The notes under the pieces: model-generated
Database searches by the model: none
Told to the model about the DNA's origin: nothing
Seen by the model: the letters and a program-made list of their open reading frames with translations, nothing else
Position numbers and translations under genes: made by a program
Shown: piece after piece, positions 51,946 to 62,522 of the stretch
Numbering within the stretch: the first letter of the stretch is position 1
Layout of the letters: each line of letters begins with the position of its first letter
NCBI GenBank assembly: GCA_963720015.1
Contig: CAVREA010000004.1
Span: forward strand, 213,141-277,140
From: an uncultured Actinomycetes bacterium
Lineage (GTDB): Bacteria; Actinomycetota; Thermoleophilia; Solirubrobacterales; 70-9
DNA length: 64,000 nt
Direction: 5' to 3'

Positions 51946-53343
51946 ATGGGTCTCCATGTCTCGCTTCGACGTGCCACCGCGCTGCTCTGCGCCGTCTGCG
52001 CCGCCGCCACGCTCTCCTTTGCCTCCGCCGCGGGCGCCGCGACGATCAATGTCACCACGACCACCGACGAGTTCGACAGCGGCAGCCGCTGCTCGCTGCG
52101 GGAGGCGATCTGGTCGGCGAACAACGACTCGACCACGCTCGCCGACGGCTGTCAGGCCGGCTCCAGCGGCCGCGACCAGATCAACGTCCCGGCCGGCCGC
52201 TTCAACCTGACCCGATTCAACCCGGCGCCGATGGGCACCACCACCGAGGACGGCAACCTCTACGGCGACCTCGACGTGACCGCTCCGGCGACGATCGTCC
52301 ACACCGGGATCAGGCCCGCGAACATCCATTCCTCGCTCGGCGGCGAGCGCGCCCTCCACACGATGGCGTCCGGCGGAGTCACGCTCCAGGGGCTGACGGT
52401 GTCGGGCGGGGGCGCGTTCTCGGGGTCGGAGAACCGCGGCGGCGGCATCCTCAACGAGGGGTCGCTGGTGGTCCGCAACTCCTCGATCCAGGACAACAAC
52501 GCGGTCTTCGGCGGCGGCGTGTCGACCGAGGGCGACAGCACCGCCACCCTGATCAACGTGACGATCTCCGGCAACGACGCGACCGAGGACGGCGGGGGAG
52601 TCTCGGCGGAGACCGGCGGCACCGTGGTCCTGCGCAGCGTCACCGTCAGCGGCAACCGCGCCGACTCCGACGGCAGCGGCGGCGGCGACGGCGCCGGCCT
52701 CTTCGCCTCGACCTCGGGCAGCGGCGGCGTGATCACGCTTCGCAACACCCTGATCGGCGGCAACACCGACTCCGGCGGCGAGGCCCACGACTGCGCCAAG
52801 CTCGGCGGCACGATCACGTCGCTCGGGCACAACATGGTCACCAACACCAACGGCTGCGACTACCAGCGCGGCACCGGCGACGTCCTCAACCGCAGCGCCC
52901 GGATCCTGCCCCTCCTCGACAACGGCGGTCCGACCGAGACGCACGCGCTGAAGAAGACGAGCCCGGCGATCGACAAGGGCGCTGCCTGCCCGGCCACCGA
53001 TCAGCGCGGGGTCAAGCGGAGCATCGGTGGCCGCTGCGACATCGGCGCCTGGGAGCTCGCCCGCTGCATGGGCGTGGTCATCAACAAGATCGGCACCGGC
53101 GGCCCCGAGCTGCTGATCGGCTCGCCGACGGCGGACGGGATCCTCGGCCTCGGCGGCACCGACGTGATCCGCGGCGTCGCAGGCAACGATGGCCTCTGCG
53201 GCGGCGGCGGCGGCGACCGCCTCGAGGGCGGCCTCGGCAGCGACCAGTTCGACGGCGGCCGCGGCCGCGACACCTGCCTGCCCGGCCCCGGCCTGCGCGG
53301 GCGCCCGCAGCGGGTCGTCAACTGCGAGCTTCCCCGCCGCTAG
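51946..53343 (+). CDS. Secreted CSLREA-domain / parallel beta-helix / choice-of-anchor-Q-like / RTX-repeat protein, paralog 2, 465 aa, intact
   Basis: The signal peptide is ...AVCAAATLSFASAAGA. Motifs: VTTTTDEFDSGSRCSLREAI, repeated (V/I)xxNxAxxGGG beta-helix rungs, LLDNGGPTETHALKKTSPAIDKG...DQRGVKR...CDIGAWE, and C-terminal GGxGxD-type repeats. Confidence 0.8.
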   Translation: MGLHVSLRRATALLCAVCAAATLSFASAAGAATINVTTTTDEFDSGSRCSLREAIWSANNDSTTLADGCQAGSSGRDQINVPAGRFNLTRFNPAPMGTTTEDGNLYGDLDVTAPATIVHTGIRPANIHSSLGGERALHTMASGGVTLQGLTVSGGGAFSGSENRGGGILNEGSLVVRNSSIQDNNAVFGGGVSTEGDSTATLINVTISGNDATEDGGGVSAETGGTVVLRSVTVSGNRADSDGSGGGDGAGLFASTSGSGGVITLRNTLIGGNTDSGGEAHDCAKLGGTITSLGHNMVTNTNGCDYQRGTGDVLNRSARILPLLDNGGPTETHALKKTSPAIDKGAACPATDQRGVKRSIGGRCDIGAWELARCMGVVINKIGTGGPELLIGSPTADGILGLGGTDVIRGVAGNDGLCGGGGGDRLEGGLGSDQFDGGRGRDTCLPGPGLRGRPQRVVNCELPRR

Positions 53344-53360
53344 CCCCCGACGCTCGCTGA

Positions 53361-53390
53361 GCATTTCACCCCCGATGGCGGGTGAAATGC
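53361..53390 (+). terminator. AT-richer hairpin after CSLREA paralog 2
   Basis: GCATTTCACCC (53361-53371) pairs perfectly with GGGTGAAATGC (53380-53390) across an 8-nt loop. There is no clear U-tract. The first in-frame ATG of the next ORF (53375) lies in the loop. Confidence 0.4.
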
Positions 53391-54412
53391 ATCAATCATC
53401 GATCCATTCACGCCCGGCTCGCGTAAGACTGGGGCAGGTGCTCGCGCGCGTGCTCGACAAGGCGATGGACTGGACCGTGGTGCCCGGCTACTCGAAGCTG
53501 GGGGCCGCGGTTCGCGACCGCCTCGACCCGCCTGGGCCCCTCGACCTCGAGGGGCGTTCCGCGATCGTCACCGGGGCGAGCTCGGGGATCGGCGAGGCCG
53601 TCTGCGACGGGCTCGCGCGGGCCGGCGCGCGGGTGCACATGGTCGTCCGCAACCTGGAGAAGGGTGAGGCCTCCCGCGCACGGGTCGAGGTGGCGACGGG
53701 CTCGGAGGCGCTGGAGCTGCACGAGTGCGACGTCTCCAGCCTGGCGTCGGTGCGCGCGTTCGCTGACCGATTCCTTTCCTGCGGCGACCCCCTGCACGTC
53801 CTCGTCAACAACGCCGGCGTCCTCCCGCCGGAGCGCACGCACACCGAGGACGGGGTCGAGCTCACTTTCGCCACCAACGTACTCGGGCCGTTCCTTCTCA
53901 CCGCCCTGCTGTTGCCCCTGCTGCGGGGCAACGCTCCCGCCAGCGTGGTCAACGTCGCCTCGGGCGGCATGTACACCCAGAGGCTCGACGCTTCCGACCC
54001 CCAGCTCGAGCGGCGCGACTTCGACGGGGCGACGTTCTACGCGCACACCAAGCGGGCCGAGGTCGCGCTGACCGAGGAATGGGCGCGGCGCACCGCCGGC
54101 CAGGGCGTCGCCTTCCACTCGATGCATCCCGGATGGGTCGCGACTCCCGGGGTGGAGACCTCGCTGCCGCGCTTCAACAGGGTGATGGGGCCGCTCCTGC
54201 GCGACGCCGGCCAGGGCGCCGAGACGATCGTCTGGCTCGCCGGCTCGCCCGCCGGAGCGGTGTCCTCGGGCGGTTTCTGGCACGACCGCCGGCCCCGCCC
54301 AAGGCACCGCGGGCCGTGGACCCGGGAGACGCCGGAGGAACGGCGGCGGTTCTTCGACTACTGCGAGCGGGCCGCCGGCCTCGGCCCGGGAGAGGCCGGC
54401 GGGACGGTCTAG
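53375..54412 (+). CDS. Short-chain dehydrogenase/reductase (classical SDR); true start probably downstream, around 53430-53465
   Basis: Motifs: AIVTGASSGIGEAV (TGxxxGxG), NNAG and the catalytic YAHTKRA. The conserved N-terminal VVPGYSKLG precedes the Rossmann fold. Confidence 0.8.
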   Translation: MAGEMHQSSIHSRPARVRLGQVLARVLDKAMDWTVVPGYSKLGAAVRDRLDPPGPLDLEGRSAIVTGASSGIGEAVCDGLARAGARVHMVVRNLEKGEASRARVEVATGSEALELHECDVSSLASVRAFADRFLSCGDPLHVLVNNAGVLPPERTHTEDGVELTFATNVLGPFLLTALLLPLLRGNAPASVVNVASGGMYTQRLDASDPQLERRDFDGATFYAHTKRAEVALTEEWARRTAGQGVAFHSMHPGWVATPGVETSLPRFNRVMGPLLRDAGQGAETIVWLAGSPAGAVSSGGFWHDRRPRPRHRGPWTRETPEERRRFFDYCERAAGLGPGEAGGTV

Positions 54413-54423
54413 GCGCGCATCCC

Positions 54424-54464
54424 GATTGACTGGTCAATCAGCCAGTCCGATTTGTCGGTAATAT
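54424..54464 (+). promoter_or_regulatory. Candidate operator plus -10 element upstream of the etf operon
   Basis: A perfect palindrome, GATTGAC-TG-GTCAATC (54424-54439), is followed 19 nt later by TAATAT (54459-54464). Both lie in a locally AT-richer stretch 68 nt upstream of the etfB TTG start. Confidence 0.4.
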
Positions 54465-54531
54465 GCCCGGCCCGCCGCGGTCCCCGACCGGCCCGCGGCC
54501 CACGGAGAACCACCCGCTTAGGAGGCCTGAC

Positions 54532-55326
54532 TTGAAGATCTGCGTCCTGGTCAAAGAGGTACCGGACGCCGCGGTCCAGAAGCGCATCGACCCGAACACG
54601 ATGCGGCTCGACCGCAGCGGCGAGAAGAACCTCAACCCCTTCGACACGCACGCGATCGAGGCCGCGATGCAGATCAAGGAGGGCGGCGCGATCCCGGTCG
54701 AGGAGGTCGTCGCGGTGACGATGGGCCCCGACTCCGCCGTCCGCGCCCTGCACAAGGCGGTCGCGCTCGGCGCCGACCGCTCGCGTCCACCTCTCCGACG
54801 ACGCCCTCGCGGGCTCCGACGTCTGCGCGACCGGCTACGCGCTGGCCAAGGTGCTCGAGTCCGAGAGCCCGGACCTCGTCCTGCTCGGCCAGCAGTCCGA
54901 CGACGGCGAGTGCTACACGATCGGCGCCGTCGTCGCCGACCACCTGAAGATGCCCTCGCTGACCCAGGTGATCAAGATCGACGTCGAGGACGGCAAGCTG
55001 CGCTGCGAGCGCCAGGCCGAGTACGGCTACGACACCGTCTAGGTCGAGCTGCCGGCCGTGATCAGCGTCGGCGACGCGATCAACGAGCCGCGCTACCCGT
55101 CCCTGAAGGCGATCATGGGGGCGAAGAAGAAGCCGCTCGACACGAAGGCGACCGGCGACGTCGGCATCGAGGCCGACCGGGTCGGCGAGGGCGGCTCCAG
55201 GACCGCGGTCCTCGCGCTCAACCCGCCGCCGCCAGAAGGAGGCCGGGCGAGATCATCGAGGACGAGGACACCAACGAGACGGTCGAGAAGATCGTCGCCT
55301 GGCTCGACGAAAGGAAGCTGATCTAG
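54532..55326 (+). pseudogene. etfB: Electron transfer flavoprotein beta subunit, with two frame changes (about 54783 and about 55235) and an in-frame TAG at 55040
   Basis: The TTG at 54532 has AGGAGG 8 nt upstream. The pieces are:
- KICVLVKEVPD...NPFDTHAIEAAM...ALGADR
- VHLSDDALAGSDVCATGYALAKVLESESPDLVLLGQQSDDGECYTIG...[38 protein letters not shown]
- [26 protein letters not shown]. Confidence 0.85.
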
Positions 55327-56304
55327 ATGGCCGGCATCCTGGTCTACGCCCTCCACGACGACGAGGGCAACTTCAACAAGAACTCGCTCGGGGCGATCTC
55401 CGAGGCCGCGAAGCTGGCCGGCGAGCTCGGCGGCGAGGCCGCCGCGGTGGTGGTCGGCGACGTCGCCGACGACGCCTGCGCCTCGCTCGGCAACTACGGC
55501 GCCGCCAAGGTCTACCGGGCCAAGGACGTGCCCGAGGGCCTGGCCCAGCCGATCGTCGACGTGATGGCGAAGGTGATCGGCGACGAGGGCTTCGGCTACG
55601 CCCTGTTCGGCGGCGGCCTGCTCGGCTTCGAGATCGGCGCCGGCCTCACCGCCCGCCTCGGCGCCGGCGTGACGATGGAGGTCACCGCAGGTCAAGGTCG
55701 CCGACGGCAAGCTCGTCGCCGAGCGCCCGATCCTGCAGGACTCCGAGATCGCCGACGTCGGCTACGTCGCCGAGCCCGGAATCATCATCGGCCGCCTCAA
55801 CGCGTTCGACGCCAACGAGACCGGCGGCACGGCCGAGGTCGTCGACGTCGACGTCGAGCTCTCGCCCGTGGTCGACCAAGGCGACGATGGTCCAGCGCGG
55901 CGAGCAGCGCGGCGCCGACGTCAACATCGAGGACGCCGACATCCTCGTCGGCGGCGGCCGCGGCCTCGGCGCGGCCGAGGGCTTCAAGCTCTGCGAGGAG
56001 CTGGCCGAGTCGATGGGCGGCGCCGTCGCGGCGACCCGCGCGGTCGTCGACGCCGGCTGGTACCCCTACGCGGCCCAGATCGGCCAGACCGGCAAGACGG
56101 TCGCGCCGAAGCTCTACCTCGCGGCCGGCATCTCCGGGCGCGATCCAGCACAAGGTCGGGATGCAGAACTCGGAGAACATCCTCGCGATCAACAAGGACC
56201 CGAACGCGCCGATCTTCGAGTTCTCCGACCTCGGCGTGGTCGGCGACCTGCACAAGATCGTCCCCAAGCTGACCGAGGCGATCAAGGCGAAGAAGGGCGG
56301 TTGA
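55327..56304 (+). pseudogene. etfA: Electron transfer flavoprotein alpha subunit, with three frame changes (about 55690, 55875, 56140)
   Basis: The pieces are:
- [14 protein letters not shown]...[16 protein letters not shown]
- [24 protein letters not shown]...
- [28 protein letters not shown]...[32 protein letters not shown]
- [36 protein letters not shown]. Confidence 0.85.
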
Positions 56305-58018
56305 GCTGGCGCCGCACGCCCCGAGCGAGTATCCCGCCGCCGTTCGACCCGGCCGACGTGATCGGCCCGCCGACCGACCCCGAGGAGGAGCGGATCGAGG
56401 TCGGCGTGGCGATCGTCGGCGGCGGCCCCGCCGGGCTCGCCTGCGCGAACAAGCTGATGCAGCTGCTCGAGGACGAGCCGGAGCTGACCGAGAAGCTCGG
56501 CGAGGTCCCGGTCGCGGTGATCGAGAAGGGCAAGGTCGCCGGCGCGCACCTGCTCTCCGGGGCCAACATGCGGCCCTCGGCGATGCGGGAGCTGTTCCCC
56601 GACCTCGACCCGTCCGAGTGGCCGGTCTACCAGGAGGTCACCAAGGACGCCGTCTACCTCCTGACCAAGAAGCGGGCGCTGCCCGCTGAAGCCGATGCCG
56701 CCCAACTTCCGCAACCACGGCAACTACGTGACCTCGGTCGCGAAGCTGGGCCGCTTCCTCGCCGAGAAGGCCGAGGAGGCGGGCGTCTACATCCTCTCCG
56801 AGACCGCCGCCGACAAGCTGCTGGTCGAGGACCGGATCGTCAAGGGCGTCCGCTCCGGCGACCGGGGCCGCGGCAAGGACGGCGAGGAGCTCGGCAACTT
56901 CGAGCCCGGCTCCGACGTCGTCGCCAAGGCGACCGTGCTCGCCGAGGGCACGCTCGGCCACCTCACCTACGCGGCGCTCGACTACTTCGACCTCGCACGG
57001 CGCGGACCCGCAGCGCTGGGAGCTCGGCGTGAAGGAGGTCTGGGAGGTCGCCGAAGCCGCTCGACCGCGTCATCCACACGATGGGCTGGCCGCTGCGCAA
57101 GGCGCCGCAAGCTACAACGAGTTCGGCGGCAGCTTCATCTACCCGATGGGCGAGGACAAGGTCTGCATCGGCCTCGTCGTCGGGCTCGACTACACCGACG
57201 CCACCTTCTCCTGTCCACGACGCCCTGCAGCTGCTCAAGACCCACCCCTTCGTCAAGAAGATCCTCGAGGGCGGCAAGCGGGTCGCCTGGGGCGCGAAGA
57301 CGATTCCCTCGGGCGGCTACTGGGCGATGCCGAAGCGGCTCGCGGTGCCGGGCATGGTGATCGCCGGCGACGGCGCCGGGATGGTCAACATCGCCGAGCT
57401 CTGAAGGGCGTCCACTACGCGATGCACGCCGGGATGTACGCGGCCGAGGCGATCGTCGAGGCGCTGAAGAAGGACTCGGTCAACTTCGAGGCCTACGACG
57501 AGAAGGTCCACAACTCGCTGATCGAGAAGGACATCTACCGCTCGCGCAACATGCGCCAGCCGCTTCTCCAAGGGGCTTCTTCGTCGGCGGCGCGATCGGC
57601 CTCGGCGATGACGATCACCAAGGGCGCCTTCCCCGGCGGCCACTGGAAGCAGGAGGACGACGCCGAGACCGCGATGGAGATCGGCAAGCGCCGGCGAAGA
57701 GCTACCCGAAGCCCGACAACGAGCTCACCTTCAACAAGCTCGACTCGGTCTTCCTCTCGGGCAACGCGACCCGCGACGACGCGCCCAACCACATCCGGGT
57801 GCAGACCAGGGTGCCGCGCGAGATCGCCCAGACCTGGGTCTCGATGTGCCCGGCGCAGGTCTACGAGATCCCCGAGGACCAGCTCGAGAACGGCGCCGCC
57901 GACGGTCGACGTCCACGTCACCGCCTCGAACTGCGTCCAGTGCGGCGCGATCACCGCCAAGGGCGGGCGGCTGACGCTGCCCGAGGGCGGCGACGGCCCG
58001 CTCTACCAGGAGACCTAG
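56301..58018 (+). pseudogene. Electron transfer flavoprotein:quinone oxidoreductase (ETF-QO/FixC-FixX-like) with at least 8 frame changes
   Basis: Colinear fragments are scattered over all three frames:
- [16 protein letters not shown] (FAD)
- [30 protein letters not shown]
- [11 protein letters not shown]
- IHTMGWPLR
- YNEFGGSFIYPMGEDKVCIGLVVGLDY
- LQLLKTHPFVKKILEGGKRVAWGAKTIPSGGYWAMP...AGDGAGMVN
- KGVHYAMHAGMYAAE
- MCPAQVYEI
- NCVQCGAITAKGGRLTLPEGGDGPLY (4Fe-4S region). Confidence 0.8.
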
Positions 58019-58059
58019 GGAAAGCCCCCTTCGCGGGGGGCCGGTCCCTCCTGTTGGGG

Positions 58060-58236
58060 CTAGGCGGCGGGGGGCGGTGCGGTGAAGCCCTGGCGGGGGA
58101 AGGGTTCGGGCAATTGAGCGGCGAGGGTGCGCCGGCGGGGAGGCGCGATCGTCCACTCGTTGGTGTCTGCAAGAGCCTCGTTCAGGCGCCTTGCCAGTGC
58201 GCTCTTCGGCTGCTTCTGGTCGAAGATCTTCGCCAA
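58060..58236 (-). CDS. Possible small ORF (58 aa) in a lower-GC island; function unknown
   Basis: The TTG at 58236 is preceded by GTAGGAGAGAG. The product would be (M)AKIFDQKQPKSALARRLNEALADTNEWTIAPPRRRTLAAQLPEPFPRQGFTAPPPAA. The N-terminal half has non-random, Lys-containing composition that is unusual for spurious ORFs here. Confidence 0.25.
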   Translation of the reverse strand: MAKIFDQKQPKSALARRLNEALADTNEWTIAPPRRRTLAAQLPEPFPRQGFTAPPPAA

Positions 58237-58473
58237 AATCTCTCTCCTACTCGCACTCGGGACATTCCCGGAGATCAGGGACGGCCCGCAGCATGGCGGT
58301 TGTGCCGGACGGCACGCAAGCAGCGGCCCGGAATAAAGCCCCAAGTTGCGGAATCGGCTTCCGGCAGGGGCCCGGCGGCACTCAGGCCGCGGCGGCGAAC
58401 TGCCTGATCGCTGCCGCCAGCCGCCCGGCTGGCGGTGTCGTGCGCGATTGCCGCCTCGCTAGACTTCTCGGCG

Positions 58474-58689
58474 ATGAAGACCGAGATCCATCCCGAGTAC
58501 GTGCTCGCCAACGTGCACTGCTCCTGCGGGAACCAGTTCTATACCCGCTCCACCAAGGCTGACCTGCACGTCGAGCTCTGCTCGGAGTGCCACCCCTTCT
58601 ACACGGGCAAGCAGAAGCTCGTGGACACGGGTGGCCGAGTCGAGCGCTTCCAGCGCCGCGCCGCCAAGCGCGCCAAGGCTGGGAAGTAA
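58474..58689 (+). CDS. rpmE: 50S ribosomal protein L31 (Zn-binding type A), 71 aa
   Basis: MKTEIHPEY...CSCG...[27 protein letters not shown], with both CxxC-type pairs present. Confidence 0.9.
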   Translation: MKTEIHPEYVLANVHCSCGNQFYTRSTKADLHVELCSECHPFYTGKQKLVDTGGRVERFQRRAAKRAKAGK

Positions 58690-58695
58690 CCGGGC

Positions 58696-59748
58696 GTGAC
58701 CGAGGGGCCCTCCGAGGGCGCCGCCGGCCCCCCCGAAGCAATCGCCGAGGCCTCTCGGGCCGCCGGCAACGGGCGCCGGGGAGCCGCACCGGCCGGCGCC
58801 GACGAGCGCCGCATGCCGGACGGCGCCCTGGTCGCCAAGAAGGACGCTCCGATCGGCGGTCAGGCCGTGCTCGAGGGCGTGATGATGCGCGGCGTCTCGG
58901 TCTGGGCCGTCGCCGTGCGCACGCCGGAGGGAGAGATCTCGGTCACCTCGGAGCCGCTCGTCTCCTGGGCGAAGCGCCACAGGTTCCTGCGGCTTCCGGT
59001 GATCCGCGGGGTGGTCGCGCTCGGCGAATCGCTCAAGATCGGCTTCAAGGCGCTGGCGATCTCGGCCAACGCCCAGCTCGACCCCGAGGAGGAGCAGGAG
59101 ATCGGGGGGTGGACCTGGGGATTCACGATCTTCCTCTCGATGGTGCTGGCGATCGGGCTCTTCTTCGTGATCCCGGTCGGCGCCACCAGCCTGATCAAGG
59201 ACCAGCTCGGCTCGGCGCTCCTGTTCTGGCTGGTCGAGGGGGTCCTGCGGACGGCCATCTTCATCGGCTACATCGTCGCGATCAGCCGCCTTCCCGACCT
59301 GCGCCGGGTCTTCGAGTACCACGGCGCCGAGCACAAGACGATCTCCACCTTCGAGGCCGAGGACCGGCTGATCCCGTCGCGGGCCAAGCTCTACTCCCGC
59401 CTCCATCCGCGCTGCGGGACCAGCTTCCTGCTGATCGTGATGGTGCTGGCGATCTTCGTCTTCGCCCCGATCGGGCTGCCGGCCTGGTACTGGCTGGTCC
59501 TCTCCCGCATCCTCGGCATCCCGCTGATCGCGGGCCTCTCCTACGAGGTGATCAAGTGGGCCGGGAAGAACCGCAGCAAGCGCTGGGTGCGGGGGCTGAT
59601 GTGGCCGGGCCTGATGCTCCAGAACCTGACCACCCGCGAGCCCGACGAGGAGCAGCTCGCCGTCGCCATCGCCGCCCTCGAGGCCGTCCTCGCCGTCGAG
59701 AGCCCCGACGAGGCGGCGCGGGAGCAGCCGATCGAGATAGTCGCCTGA
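58696..59748 (+). CDS. DUF1385 (YqhQ-like) membrane protein, 350 aa
   Basis: Motifs: GGQAVLEGVMMRG and YHGAEHKTI...RLHPRCGTSFLL, with multiple TM segments. The position between rpmE and prfA is conserved. Confidence 0.85.
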   Translation: MTEGPSEGAAGPPEAIAEASRAAGNGRRGAAPAGADERRMPDGALVAKKDAPIGGQAVLEGVMMRGVSVWAVAVRTPEGEISVTSEPLVSWAKRHRFLRLPVIRGVVALGESLKIGFKALAISANAQLDPEEEQEIGGWTWGFTIFLSMVLAIGLFFVIPVGATSLIKDQLGSALLFWLVEGVLRTAIFIGYIVAISRLPDLRRVFEYHGAEHKTISTFEAEDRLIPSRAKLYSRLHPRCGTSFLLIVMVLAIFVFAPIGLPAWYWLVLSRILGIPLIAGLSYEVIKWAGKNRSKRWVRGLMWPGLMLQNLTTREPDEEQLAVAIAALEAVLAVESPDEAAREQPIEIVA

Positions 59749-59913
59749 TTCGCCTGATCGGGCGGACGTTCACCAGCAGATCTACTCGCCGCCCGATCAG
59801 GCGAAAATCAATCCGCCGGAATGCTCCGCTTCGCGTCCGCTTCCGGCGGTTCTCCGCCTTCACCTCGTCGAGGGCTCGATTTGGGGCGCTATACGGCCCT
59901 TTTCGAGCCCTCG
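59749..59913 (+). other. Three consecutive perfect stem-loops between the DUF1385 gene and prfA
   Basis: - Stem 1: TTCGCCTGATCGGGCGG (59749-59765) with CCGCCCGATCAGGCGAA (59789-59805), 17 bp with a 23-nt loop.
- Stem 2: CCGCCGGAA (59813-59821) with TTCCGGCGG (59841-59849).
- Stem 3: CGAGGGCTCG (59869-59878) with CGAGCCCTCG (59904-59913).
TCGCCTGAT is also directly duplicated across the stop codon (59741-59758). Confidence 0.5.
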
Positions 59914-59956
59914 GCGGGTGGGGCGTCGCCGGTGATGCGGTGAACGTCACAATTCG

Positions 59957-61041
<1,085 letters not shown>

Positions 61042-61045
<4 letters not shown>

Positions 61046-61890
61046 CGATGGCGGCGACCACCTCGGCTGGCACCGTCGCCGAGGCCCTGGGCTCGGCAAC
61101 CGACGCTCTCAGGGCCGCCGGAGCCGACTCGCCGCGGCTCGACGCCGAGCTGCTCTTGGCCGAGGCGACCGGGTTCGACCGGGTCCGTCTCGCCGCCCAT
61201 CCGCGGGCCGGCATCGCCCCCGCGGCAGCACGCCGATTCGGCGAGATGCTGCGCCGCCGCCTGCGGCGCGAGCCGCTCGCATACATCCTCGGCCGGCGCG
61301 GGTTCCGCCGCATCGATCTGGCCGTTGACCGCCGGGTGCTGATCCCGCGCCCGGAGACCGAGCTACTCGTCGAGGTCGCCCTCGAGCTGGAGCCGGCGAC
61401 CGTGGTCGACGTTGGCACCGGCTCGGGAGCGGTCGCCCTCGCCCTCGCCGACGAGCTTCCCGCCGCGGTCGTCATCGCCACCGACACCTCGGCGGCGGCG
61501 CTCGACGCCGCCAGGGCAAACGCACGGCGCCTCGGCCTCGAGAGCAGGGTCTCCTTCGAGGCCGGCTCGCTCCCGTCCGGACAGAACTTCGACCTGCTGC
61601 TCGCAAACCTCCCCTACGTCGCCGCCGCCGACTTCGAGCGCCTCGAGCCCGAGATCCGGGACTGGGAGCCGCCCGAGGCCCTGGTCCCCGGGCCGACGGG
61701 CTACGAGGCCTTCGAGAGCCTGGCCGCCGCCCTGGCCGCGGCGCCCAACCCGCCGCCGGCGCTCGCCCTCGAGGTCGGCGAGCGACAGGCGGCGACGGTC
61801 GCCGGGCTTCTCCGCCGCGCCGGCTACGAGTCGACGGCGACGCGCCGCGACCTGGCCGGCATCGATCGCGTGGTGACCGCTAGCAGATGA
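61042..61890 (+). CDS. prmC: Release factor glutamine N5-methyltransferase PrmC/HemK, 282 aa
   Basis: Motifs: [16 protein letters not shown] (SAM motif I) and LLANLPYV (an NPPY-type motif). The start overlaps the prfA stop. Confidence 0.9.
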
Positions 61891-62522
61891 GCGAGCTGCT
61901 CCGGATCTCCGAGGCGGGGGAGGAGGCCGCCCGCGACGCGCTCGAGGCCTGCATCGGCGCCGGCGGGGTGGCGATCTTCCCGGCCGACGGCCTCTACGGC
62001 CTCGCCTGCGACCCGATCAGCCCGGCGGCGATCCGCCGCATCCACGTGCTCAAGGGCCGGCCCCGGCGCAAGCCCTCCGCGGTCCTCTACTTCGACGCCC
62101 TGGCGATGCGGGAGCTGGTCGGCTCGATGGGGGACAGGACCCGGGCGGCCGCCTCGGCGCTGCTGCCCGGCCCGGTGACGCTGGTGATCGCCAACCCGCA
62201 GGAGCGTTACCGCCTCGCCTGCGGCGAGGACCCGCAGAGGCTCGGCGTGCGCCTGATCGACGGGCCGCTCCGAGGGGCTCGCTGCCCGGTGTTCCAGACC
62301 AGCGCCAACCGCAGCGGCGACCCGCCGCCGTCGAGCTTCGGCGAGATCGCCCTCGACCTGGTCGAGTCGGTGGACCTCGCCATCGACGGCGGCGCCCTCA
62401 CCGGGGAGCCGTCGACGGTCGTGGACATCAGCCGCATCGATTCGGGCGGAGGGTGGTCGGTCCTGCGCCAGGGCGGCCTGCCCGCCGCCGAGGTGGAGCG
62501 CCTGCTCGAAGCGGCGGGCTAG
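61887..62522 (+). CDS. L-threonylcarbamoyladenylate synthase, YrdC/YwlC/TsaC family, 211 aa
   Basis: Motifs: [39 protein letters not shown] and [12 protein letters not shown]. There is an ATGA overlap with prmC. Confidence 0.85.
   Translation: MSELLRISEAGEEAARDALEACIGAGGVAIFPADGLYGLACDPISPAAIRRIHVLKGRPRRKPSAVLYFDALAMRELVGSMGDRTRAAASALLPGPVTLVIANPQERYRLACGEDPQRLGVRLIDGPLRGARCPVFQTSANRSGDPPPSSFGEIALDLVESVDLAIDGGALTGEPSTVVDISRIDSGGGWSVLRQGGLPAAEVERLLEAAG

Noticed and set aside
54409-54753. Minus-strand ORFs 54409..54753 and 54438..54755 overlapping the etfB promoter and 5' region.
   Set aside because: They have no motifs and are antisense to a clear etfB N-terminus (KICVLVKEVPD...). They are likely spurious.
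55040-55042. The in-frame TAG in etfB as programmed recoding (pyrrolysine or read-through).
   Set aside because: There is no Pyl machinery or context here. The same gene also has two indel frame changes, so a mutation or base-call error is far more likely.
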